From Lama guanicoe (Eukaryota), in contig MU053369.1 in assembly GCA_013239625.1 (NCBI GenBank), forward strand, positions 221,479 through 270,619: a stretch of 49,141 nt of DNA, read 5' to 3'. Positions 27,370-37,406 of this stretch are shown here, piece by piece. Made by a program: the position numbers and the translations under genes. Numbering within the stretch: position 1 is the stretch's first letter; every line of letters starts with the position of its first letter. The notes under the pieces are model-generated. The model worked only from the letters and a program-made list of their open reading frames with translations. It was not told the origin of the DNA and did no database searches.

Positions 27370-27900
27370 TACCCTGACCCTCTTCTCCTCACCATCCACA
27401 GCCAGCCCATTACTGCATCCTGTCAGCTCCATTCCCCAAACGCATTCCTCCCTGGCTCCCACCATCTCTCATCTGGCCCACTCCAAGAGCCTCCTACCCG
27501 GCCTCCCTGCTTCCTGGGTCCCTGCAATTCATTCTCCACATTATCTTTGCAAAATGTGAGTGAGAGAAAATTACTTTAGTGCTTAAACTATCATGGCTGC
27601 TTCTCACTGCACTTAGAGTCTCCACTCCTTTCCGTGCTCCTGATGCCCTTCTAAACCTCGCGTCTCATCACTCTACCAGCGCTGGCTCCAGTTATCTCCT
27701 CAAACCTGCCGAATGCATTTGTGCCTCGGGGCCAATGGACAAGCTGCGCCTATTCCTGGGGTGAATTTTCCCAGATCCTCAAAGTCCAGCCTCCTTTTCA
27801 CCATCCACATTTCAGCTCACATGTCATCTACTCAAAGGTAGCTTTCTGGACTCACTTCAACCCATGCCTCCCCATCTCAACACTGTCATTTCCTTCATTT
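27370..27900 (+). mobile_element. L2 fragment
   Basis: ccaccatctctcatctggcccactccaagagcctcctacccggcctccctgcttcc. Confidence 0.65.
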
Positions 27901-28065
27901 CAATCTGATGTTTTTTCCTTATTTGCCCAGTTATGTTTGTTTGCTCGGTTGTCCTTGGCCTCCCTCCCCCTAGCAGCCTTGCCCAAACAGCATAAGCTCC
28001 CGGGTAGCAGCCGGCACTGCTGCTCTGAGAAGACACGTGCTGAGCGTGACATTACAGTCACGTGG

Positions 28066-28590
28066 TGTAGTGAAACGGTATCGAACAGCAGATACAGCAA
28101 AGCAGTGAGAATTTCTATTTCTTATTTTATAATTTAAGTGAAATCAAACATTTACTCCTGTTTAATGAAGAATTTGGTAGGTGTTTGGTCCCAGTTCCTG
28201 GACGGCAACCCCTAAAGCCTTGAAATTTCCCAAGATAGGAGTGTCTTTACTATTCATGGTGCACCCTTGGATGGCTTCTGTTCATGAGATGACTCAGGAT
28301 GGGGACTGGCCTGCCAGAGACACCAACCATGTGATTAGAGGAGTGGGGCTTTGAGCTATGTGACAAGTGAGTGACCACCAGGAGAGGAAGGGGCTCAGTG
28401 GTTAGGGCTAAGGAAAGGTTTGACTTACAGTTAGGGTTTGGGTTAGCCATGTCGGTAGTGACCCAATAAATCATGTCTTTGTAATAAAGCCTCCAGCAAA
28501 AACTTGGGGCAACAAAGCTCACAGCTCCTGTGCGCTTCCTGGTTGGTAACACTCTTAGAGGACTGTCACACTCAGATGCCATGAGGGCAA
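28066..28590 (+). mobile_element. MER21-like LTR fragment
   Basis: tcccagttcctgg..cctaaagccttgaaatttcc..accaaccatgtgattagagg..cttcctggttggtaacac. Confidence 0.7.
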
Positions 28591-28631
28591 CCCTGAGCCC
28601 TTCCCACTGGAGTCTCTGCACAACAGCTCAC

Positions 28632-28746
28632 CTGAGGAGATCTAAGGGCTGCTGCTTGTCTGTGCTTCGAGGAGGAGCCCATTCCCTGTACAGAAGGCCC
28701 TGTTCGCTGGGGCAGCTGAGGTCCTCTGACGGAGGCTGAAGTTGCA
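28632..28746 (-). pseudogene. ANO6: ANO6 exon 7 equivalent (115 nt, 1-nt deletion)
   Basis: cttcccag|TGCAAC...CTCAG|gtgagc. Reads CNFSL/SEDLSCPSEQGLLYREWAPPRSTDKQQPLDLLR against human CKFRRQSEDPSCPNERYLLYREWAHPRSIYKKQPLDLIR. Confidence 0.92.
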
Positions 28747-28889
28747 CTGGGAAGCAGAAGCAAACAGGTGAGCGTCACTGTCACGTGTTCACATGTTCTG
28801 TTGATAAAATGCGGTGCTAACACTTCGTGGTCATTTGTAAATAAGGGGCCCTCTCTTGCCAGAAGGGATGGAGGTACCATATAATTTTT

Positions 28890-29100
28890 CAAAATTCTCA
28901 CCCGGGCTGATACTAACCCCTTGAGGGTCATTTGCAAACATGGGTGGAAAGGAACGCTTGGATGTTACAGTCCTGGGACCACCGCGGGTATCTGGTGAGA
29001 GCCTTGCAGATGCTTAATGTCCTACAACCGGGCCAGTCTTCCACAGCAAAAAAACTAGGCCACCCAAGTGCCCAAACTGCTGCAGTGGAGGGACACCTGA
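28890..29100. mobile_element. MER20-like hAT DNA transposon
   Basis: gatgcttaatgtcctacaaccgggccagtcttccacagcaaaaaaact..cccaaactgctgcagtggag. Confidence 0.55.
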
Positions 29101-30289
29101 TGGTCCAGCCCCCTCCTTGGACACCCAGAGGAACCTGGACTCTGGCAGGTTAGGGGCAGGGTGAATTCTAAAACCCAGGCTTTTTTGTCCCCACAATTCA
29201 GTAGTTATTCGGTGACAGCACATGGATTATAAACAATAAAGAAATCTGACATGATGTTATATATTTAGCTTACTCAAGAAACAAAGCTCAAATCCAGTCA
29301 TTCTCCTTCCCACCTGCCCTACTTTCCTTCCTCCTGTACCAGAACAAGATTATTACCCACCCAGCCTTAACATGGGTCCTGACTCCACTTACCTCCCTCC
29401 CAAACACCACATGAGATGATTCCTCAGCCTGGATGTGGGACCAGCAATTACAAGAGGCTTTAGTGGAAAAGAACTGGTTGGGCGCAGATGCCAACTAAAC
29501 ACTGTAGAATCCTGGTGTCCCACATTAGTAATCATGATAGCTGTTTGCAAGTGTCCCCAAAGTTCATTTCAGACTCTCACTGCTAATTTTGCTGGGACAT
29601 AAATATAAAACAGGTGGACTTCTGGGCTGGATTGCTATGCTGGGTCTCTGATCCAGGAAGCTCAGTGTCTGCTCCCTGCACCCAGCTCCCTGTTCTGTTC
29701 ATGCATGTGCATCAAGCAGCTGTTTAGTGTCCACTTTAATATCTTAAACAGTGCATTTCAGTATTGTCTTCATTCACAAATATGTGTAACACACAGTAGT
29801 AACGATCAATCTCAACTTTGCTTTCTCTTAGAGAGTCAGATAAATGGATAGCAAAGATAACAAAGTCATAGAGCTCTATAATATAGTATTTCCTTTATTT
29901 CAATGACAGGATTTATTTAAAGAGTTTAGATATAATATCCTTGCATTTATGGCATCATTAAGGGTCTGAAGCAGTCACATTTTAAAAACTTCATTTCATG
30001 AGAGATGTTATCAGCTAGAGAAGTGCTCCTGAATTTGAGGGGTTGCTGTCATCTCAGACGGAGTTCCTAAAAAATGTCAACACTCTGCGGTATTGCCATC
30101 ATGACAAGAACCCAGACAGATGAAATTTGGAAAGCCCTGTAGCTTTCTAGTCCACAGCCAGAAAATGGTACTTCAGAGGGAAAAAGCCTGAATTACAGAA
30201 AATGATAAGTGAAATGGTCTAACATGTGTTTCTCTTACAAAGAACTAATACTTCTTTGGTTGATAATAACATCTGTCAGTAATTATGAA

Positions 30290-30575
30290 AACAGCTGACA
30301 AACACATAGTGCTTACTATTAGCCAGGGCTGTTCTCACATTGACACGGATTCATTAATCCCCACAGCAACTCTATGAGTAAACCTAGTAAGATTTTAAAA
30401 GAGAGTGTGTGGTTTATACAGGGTAACTAACCAGCCACTGTTTACTATCGTACGAGGTGGGTACTATTATTATCCTCATTTTATTGATGAGGAACTTGAT
30501 AAACAGAGAGGCTAAATGACTTTTACAAGGTTGAAAGCAAGAAACCAGCACAGGTGTTCCAGCCCGAGACTACGC
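30290..30575 (-). mobile_element. MIR carrying a ~73-bp non-MIR insertion
   Basis: The MIR sequence ttaatccccacagcaactctatgag ... gaggtgggtactattattatcctcatttt is split by 30377-30449. Confidence 0.75.
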
Positions 30576-30590
30576 TGTTGGCCACTGCTC

Positions 30591-30755
30591 TTTTTTTTTT
30601 TTTTTTTTGGTGGCAGGGAGATAATAAGGTAATTCTGGTAGGGGTGGGGATAACACCCACCATAAATTAGGGTTATTAGAGGAGGTGCTGGGGGCTGACC
30701 CCAGGACCCCGTGCGTGCTAAGCATGAGCTCCATCACTTGAGCCATACCCTCCCC
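30591..30755 (-). mobile_element. vic-1-type SINE, long form with expanded 3' region
   Basis: gggctgaccccaggaccccgtgcgtgctaagcatgagctccatcacttgagccataccctcccc, with a T tail. Confidence 0.85.
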
Positions 30756-31039
30756 TCTTGAGTCTATGCTCTTAGCTGCTAATCCGCACTGCCCCACATG
30801 GTAACTCTGGGGGAACTACAGTTCATTCATTCACTCACTCATCTAAACTCAGCCTTCCCTGTGCCTGGGATTCCACAGTGAACAAGACAACATGGTTCCT
30901 GCCCTAAATGAGCTTGTCGCCTCCTGACATATTATCTTCATTTTACCCAGGAAGAAACAAGGTCAAGAAGATTAGCCCTTTCCTGTTAACACTGGAGGAG
31001 ACACGAGGTGCTTTATTTCATCTTTGCCATTTGACTTAC

Positions 31040-31151
31040 ACCATGGGGAGGGAGAGCTGCCTTGCAGATCCCAGAGCTCACAAGCCTTAATCTTGAATTA
31101 TTTAACACTGTCCCTTACTTGATACTTGATCTGAGAAAGGATGAAGTAAAC
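31040..31151 (-). pseudogene. ANO6: ANO6 exon 6 equivalent (112 nt)
   Basis: ctttttag|GTTTAC...CATGGT|gtaagt. Reads VYFILSQIKYQVRDSVK*FKI, then a 2-nt deletion, then LVSSGICKAALPPHG. TAA at 31098-31100. Confidence 0.93.
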
Positions 31152-31385
31152 CTAAAAAGATTCTAAAAGGGTGTGTGGTTTACACAGGGTAACTAACCAG
31201 CCACTGTTTACTATCCTAACAGGAATCTATAGGCATACTTCTTTTCTTTCTCTTTTTTCTTTTTTCTTTTTTTTTATTGGCAGCTTTAAAAAACCAAATC
31301 AAACCAACCAAACCAAATCACTGATAATTCAACAGCAGGTTCTAAATCGCCCCCAAGACGGCAGCTAAACTCGGTTTAGACTTAC

Positions 31386-31671
31386 AATGTGGTTTCTGGT
31401 GGCTGGATTGAAGAACGTATCTCTATCCTGAATATAAGTCATTCATGCAGCTCTTCTCAAATGGGGCAGTGAAAAACTCTTGCTCTGGCTTGGTGATACT
31501 TTCATCCTCTTGGAGGACTTTCATAAAACAGCTGAAATTATTGAAGGCTGAGCGCCGGGTTTTCAGATTATTGAGCTTCAGAGGCAATTTCATGTGCAGT
31601 ATCTCAGCATACGTACACAGTACCTCCCACAGGGTGTGTATTTTAACAAATACAAGCTTGTCATCCAAAAC
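31386..31671 (-). pseudogene. ANO6: ANO6 exon 5 equivalent (286 nt, 2-nt deletion)
   Basis: ataaag|GTTTTG...CACATT|gtaagt. Reads VLDDKLVFVKIHTLWEVLCTYAEILHMKLPLK...KPEQEFFTAPFEKSCMND, shifts frame near 31436, then resumes YIQDRDTFFNPATRNHI. Confidence 0.95.
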
Positions 31672-32572
31672 CTTTATTGGGAGAATTAAAACACAAACCA
31701 GGAAACCAACTATTTTCACATTTTTAGTACATAGATTTTTCTTACGTTGCTGGTAGTTAAAGCAGGTGTGCAAATACACACACATATGACACTGGTAAAA
31801 GTGAAGATATAATAAAAAAACAGATTTGCAAACCATCATAAATTTCTGCCTTAAAGATAATTTCTTTGTTTAAATTACTGAAAAAGTAATTAAAATCTTC
31901 ATAGTTCATTCATAAAATTACCAGTTTTAAATGAAGAAAAGCAAGCTTAACTTTTAGTCCAAAGTAGTAACTAAAAATAAAAACACTAGAATATTCATTG
32001 CAGTGGTATTGTAATGACAATTTTTTAAATTTCTCAAGCCTAGAAGAGGACTATTTAATATATTAAATATCTGTTCAATATAGTGTTAAACAACAATTAA
32101 AAAGGATTTTAAAGAATTGTATTTATTGATATGGAATATACAATAAAAGGGAAAAGCAAAAAATTGTGAAATAATTTTCCTTTTTGGAAGGGAAAAATAT
32201 ATTTGAGCAAAAAAAGTTTAGAAAGATTATAAGATTATTTATGGATAATTAAGGTATAGATGATTTTTAATTCCACTACTCTTACGTTTTATAATTTTTT
32301 TTGGTAAACTATTATTTATAAAAAAAAACTTTAAAAACGTTCTTGCATAAATACATTAATAGATATATTTATGACTACATTCTTTAGCTATTAAAAAAGA
32401 TCTAGCTTTGGATCCAAAACATACATTCCACAATGCAGATTCTGACTGACTCCCCTCCCAGCCCACAGGGAAGGCATGGCTGGGGTGAGGGTGACATGTT
32501 TCAAATGCCATTCCAGCATTCCAGGTAACATGCAAGCTCCTAGCCAATGGTTGCAAAGGGACTGACACTCAC

Positions 32573-32638
32573 TGATCTTGTTGCTTCCAGCTGCAGACCA
32601 TCACAGATGAGTTTAGATTCATAGGCTCACGTTTTTCT
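32573..32638 (-). pseudogene. ANO6: ANO6 exon 4 equivalent (66 nt)
   Basis: ttttgacag|AGAAAA...AGATCA|gtgagt. Translates RKT*AYESKLICDGLQLEATRS against human RKRQAYESNLICHGLQLEATRS. TGA at 32627-32629. Confidence 0.93.
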
Positions 32639-33365
32639 CTGTCAAAAGAAATCAGAAAATGTTAGGCTTTTAGTTTTACCAAGGGAACAAGAAGGTTTGG
32701 GTTTTTAATGCAAAAAAAAAAAAACACATCAATTTGAACCTGATGAAAAGACATTTGCTCAAAACAGCACAGTAGCAATGAAGGTGCCCTGGCTGGAAGG
32801 GACTTGTTGGATCCCTGTGGGTGCTGGATTCCTCACATGGAATTCCCTTGGCACTCCAAAAGGCCCTTGGTTGTCCCCGTAGGTTTGTGGCCATTTGTGG
32901 TGCACAAAAGTCTCTGGCATTGCCACAATCCCAAGGCCTTTTTTGGCTTATGAAAAGTTTTGCACTCAAATGGAGTTTTTTTGAGTCCCACTCACTGATG
33001 TCATTTACCAGAGTTATAGTCCAGATCTGACATTCTAGGCTTTTAAAATCATGCAGACATTCTAATAGTTCAGGTTTGGATGTGTATTCACCCCCACAGG
33101 CCTGGATCAAATTCGATAAAACCACCCAGACAAGTTTGGCAAAATGCAAAGAAATTTTTCTCTCTGCAAGACTTAAATGTCTGTGAAGCTATAAAAACTT
33201 CGACATCTACAAAAATAGGGAAGCAACTCATCAATAACATATCTATCCATATTACACGGCCATTTAAAAAAATACTGTATTTACTGCTATTAAATTCTAT
33301 CTGGCTTCTGCTAAGTTGTGTCCTAAACTGTAAGGGAAGTATATGAAGGTAGAGATTTTGACCTT

Positions 33366-34170
33366 TTAAGAGAAAAAGGAACCCTCCTACATGGTTGGTG
33401 GGAATGTAAATTGGTGCAGCCACTATGGAGGACAGAATGGAGGTTCCTTAAAACACTAAAAATAGACCTAATGTGTGATCCAGCAATCTCATTCATGGGC
33501 ATATGTTTGGAGAAAAATATAATTCAGAAAGACACATGCACCCCAATGTTTGCAGCAGCACTATTTACAATAGCCAAGACACAGAAACAACCTGAATGTT
33601 CACTGACAGATGACTGGATAAAGAAAGTGTGGTATATTATATATGTTATATATATACACACACAAACACACATATATATGTATATATGTGTATATCTATG
33701 CACACACACATATATACACATGCACACACACACAATGGAATACTTCTCAGCCATAAAAAATAAAATAATGCCATTTGCAACAACATGGATGGACCTACAG
33801 GGTATTATGCTAAGTGAAATAACTCAGAGAAAGAAAAACAAATATTCTATGTATTACCTTATATGTATATCTAAAAAATAAAACAAATTAATGACTATAA
33901 CAAAACAGAAATAGACTCACAGGTACACAGAACAGACTGGTAGTTACAAATGGGGAGAAGGAGGAGAGGGGAGGCAGGATGGGGGTAGGGGATTGAGAGG
34001 TACAAACTACTATGTATAAAATGGACAGGTTACAGGGATGTATCATGTAGCAGAGAAATATAGCCATTATTTTATGGTGACTTTAAATGGAACATAATCT
34101 ATAAAATGTTGAGTCTCTGTGTTGTACACCTGAAACTAATATGATGTAAATCAACTACTCAATTACAAAA
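33366..34170 (+). mobile_element. L1 3' end (ORF2 C-terminus and 3' UTR) with an internal (TA/CA)n tract
   Basis: ORF 33411-33881 reads [40 protein letters not shown], the L1 ORF2 C-terminus. Confidence 0.92.
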
Positions 34171-34213
34171 ATTTTAAGTTTTCTTTCCATATTCTTTGCA
34201 ATAAGGTAGAAGC

Positions 34214-34499
34214 CAGCACCGTCCAATAGAAACATACAGCAAGTCATAATTTTCCAGTAATCCCATTTAGAAAAAGAAACAAGTGAAATTAATTCCAGTA
34301 ATAATTATATTTATCCCAAAATATCAAATATACTATCATTTCAAAAATGTGATAACACTTTTAAAACTTATTAATAAATATTTTACATTCTTTTTGTTGC
34401 ACTAAGTCTTGAAAATTCATTACGTATTTTCCACTTATAGAACATCTCAATTCACAATAGCCACATGTGGCTGGTGGCTATGATACTAGACAGAGCAGA
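34214..34499. mobile_element. MER33-like hAT-Charlie element
   Basis: cagcaccgtccaatagaaac...aatagccacatgtggctggtggctatgatactagacagagcag. Confidence 0.8.
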
Positions 34500-34864
34500 T
34501 TACACCATTCACACTTCTGATAAATTACCTGCTCACTTACTTATTTAAAAAACTTGCAGAAAAGGCTTTAGATATTATCTATATCAAACAAAGCAACCTT
34601 GACAGGTGGGGAATATCTTCATTATAAAGTGAAAAATAAAGGGAAGAGAGCCATGGTTACATGTGTGTTAATGTAACACTACCTTCTTAATTCATTCAGG
34701 ACTTTACAATCTTTCTTCATGTGCCAAGGATTCACTGTCACTGCACAATGTTTTTCACTATTATCATCTTTGGAACTGAGAGGCTTCTGATGACCCTGCT
34801 TTGTGCATTTGTACATAAAAGAAAGTAACAAAACAGAGAAAAAGACCTTATTAAAGATAATTTA

Positions 34865-35011
34865 GGGGGGAGGGTATAGCTCAAGTGAAAGAGCATATTC
34901 TTAGCATGCACAAGGGCCTGGGTTCAATCCCCAGTACTTCTTCTAAAAATAAAATAAATCAATAAAAACCTAATTACCACCCCCCTGCAAAGAATTAATT
35001 AAAAGTTAAAG
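34865..35011 (+). mobile_element. vic-1-type SINE, long form
   Basis: gggggagggtatagctcaagtg..gggttcaatccccagtac; TSD aaagataatttag (34853-34865) / aaaggtaatttag (35012-35024). Confidence 0.92.
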
Positions 35012-36094
35012 AAAGGTAATTTAGTACTGGCTTATCAGGCTACAAGAGCTACAATGAATGCCCTTCCCCCACATTCATTTAGAGGAAGTCTCGCAGTCTA
35101 TCCCAACATAAAGGCTAAAATATAACTCATAACAATTTCTGATGGTCAGCATGACTTTAACAAAAAAGTAATTACCTCCCTGGTGTCAAAGCTCTGTCAG
35201 AGATGGGCACAGAAAATCTATGAAAAATGGTTTTGCAACTACCTTCAAAAGAAATGCTGAGAAATGATCTTCTCTGTTGGAAACTAACCTGCTTTTACAT
35301 TCTGCAGTAGGCAGACGTATTTACAAACCAGGCAGGAACTGGATCATATTTCACACATACTTTAGAAACTTAAAAACTGATTTGAATTTTGCTCTCTACC
35401 TGCAAGGCTATTTTTCAGGTAATAACATAAGCTGGCCACTACACTAAATTTTGTTTCCCTGTTTGCTTAATCCTCACAACAACTCAGTAAAATACTATTA
35501 TTACCCCCAGATAACAGATAAAGAGCTTGAGGCAGAAAATAATTTGGGTAACTGGGTAAATGGTGGAGCTGGGTAAGACTGCAGCCAGCCTGACACTCAA
35601 GTCCATTCTTCTCACCGATGTCTGATACTGCTACCTACATTCAGCAATGACCGTTGATTTCATATTTAAGTATGTAATTTCTAAAAGTGCAAAGCTATAC
35701 TAGTACTGCTGTGTAAATTATTCTTTTGAGATGTGGGACCCAAAAAACAAATAAATAAATAAAATCAGGGTGCCACTGAGGGGATGGCTAACTGCATATG
35801 GACGGACACAAGGGGACTTTTTGAGGAGACAATGCACAACACTAAAAAATTTTCTAAAATCACTGACTTGTACAATTATAATGGGTGAATTTTATGGCCT
35901 GTAAATTATACCTTAATACAGTTATTAAATTAAGAAACTGGGATACCAAATTAAGCCTAAAAAAATACTTATATATACATATATATGTCACACATAGAAC
36001 AACAGGCAAATATCATTATTTACTGCACCATTCCCCTTCATGCAGCTTCCTTTCCTCACCCATTCCTGAAAGGATGGTTCATTTTTCAAATAGT

Positions 36095-37110
36095 CTTTTA
36101 ATTTATTCAGCAAATAATTTTTGACTGCCTACTATGTACCCAGGACTAGTCTAGACACTTGGAATAGATCAAAAAAACAAAACAAAAGTCCTGTCCTCAT
36201 GGAGCTTGGACTCGGGGGTGGAGATGACAATTCACACAACAGAGCAGCAGAGGAGGTGGCATGTTAGGAAAGAGGAACCATGGGAAAAAGGAAAAAGGAC
36301 AGGGTAAGGAGAGTTGAGATTATGGGGTGAGGGTGATGTTGTATTAAATATCAGAGCAGGCCAAACTGAGGACTGAGGTTAGAACTTTTACTAGGAGGTG
36401 AGAAGGCCCAGGCAGATGAAATAACCATCACCAAGGCCAGCATGTACCTTGTGTGTTCCAGGATGGGGGTAGGGCTGGGGCTGCGGGTAAGGGGCAGTGC
36501 AGATCCTGTAGGGCCTTGGAGGACATTGTAAGGACTGTGGCTTTTACCCGGAGTGAAATGGGGAGGCACTGCAGAAGGATGACACAATCTAACTTAGGTT
36601 TTCAAAGGCTGACTTGACTTCCAAGTGAGAATAGTCGATACGAGTCAGAGATGAAAGGAGGGAAGCCACTGAAAAGGGCTGTGCGGGAGGAGAAGACAGT
36701 GGCTCAGGGCAGGGAAGCAGCAGTGGAGGCAAGAGCCATGGTGAGAAGTGGCTGGGTTCTGGATATGTTTTAAAGGCAGTGTTAAACCAGATCTGTTGAC
36801 AGAATGCATGTGGTATGTCAGTGAAAGTCAGAATAACTCCCAAGCTTTTTTACCTGAGCAGCTGGAAGGATTGAGTTTCCATTAATTGAATGGGGGAGGC
36901 TGCAGAAAAACCAGTTTGGGGGGTAGGAGGGCCAAGAGCTCAGTTTTTACACATGTTGTTCGTTTTAAGATATCAGAGTTCCAAGTGAAGATGTCCAATC
37001 AACAGATTGTAAGAGTCCAGAGTTGGAGGAAAAAAGTCCAGTGGGAGACAGAAATGTGGGAATCATGGGTCACACGGGCGGTACAGGAAGCCATGAAACC
37101 CAGGTACTCA
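36095..37110 (-). mobile_element. L2 3' portion
   Basis: atttattcagcaaataatttttgactgcctactatgtacccagg..gtcctgtcctcatggagctt followed by L2 body. Confidence 0.85.
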
Positions 37111-37361
37111 AACATTAAGACAACCTGGCATTAACCATAGATGTTAGCCTTGCTTGTGTCCCCAGGCCCAGAATCAACACTAATTGAGAGACACCTGACC
37201 CCTTGAGGGCCTGCCTACTAGGTGTGAATATCAGTCCTGTTTCCCGACCACTCGAGTTTTTAAAGGGAACTTACAAATGAAGTCGTACAAGACACTGCCT
37301 CCAGTGGGTGGGTCCACAGCTGGAGTGGGAGAATGGGATGGTGCACGCTACTCCTTGCGGC

Positions 37362-37406
37362 CGTGTGTGTGTGTGTGTATGTACGTGCAAGCACGTGTGC
37401 GCGCGC
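37362..37406. repeat. (TG)n / alternating purine-pyrimidine tract
   Basis: cgtgtgtgtgtgtgtgtatgtacgtgcaagcacgtgtgcgcgcgc. Confidence 0.85.

Larger units (their letters stand above)
2585..32638 (-). pseudogene. ANO6: Unprocessed, 5'-truncated anoctamin-6 (TMEM16F) pseudogene. Exons 4-8 and 11-15 are present; it probably continues left of the window.
   Basis: Ten minus-strand segments, each bounded by AG and GT, translate to colinear ANO6 peptides (e.g. [51 protein letters not shown]). They contain 8 frameshifting indels, one in-frame deletion and 5 premature stops. Confidence 0.95.

Noticed and set aside
31423..31839. 138-aa ORF as an intact small gene
   Set aside because: It is intron sequence plus ANO6 exon 5, ended by a frameshift-induced stop.
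33411..33881. 156-aa ORF
   Set aside because: It is the L1 ORF2 C-terminal remnant with a microsatellite insertion.
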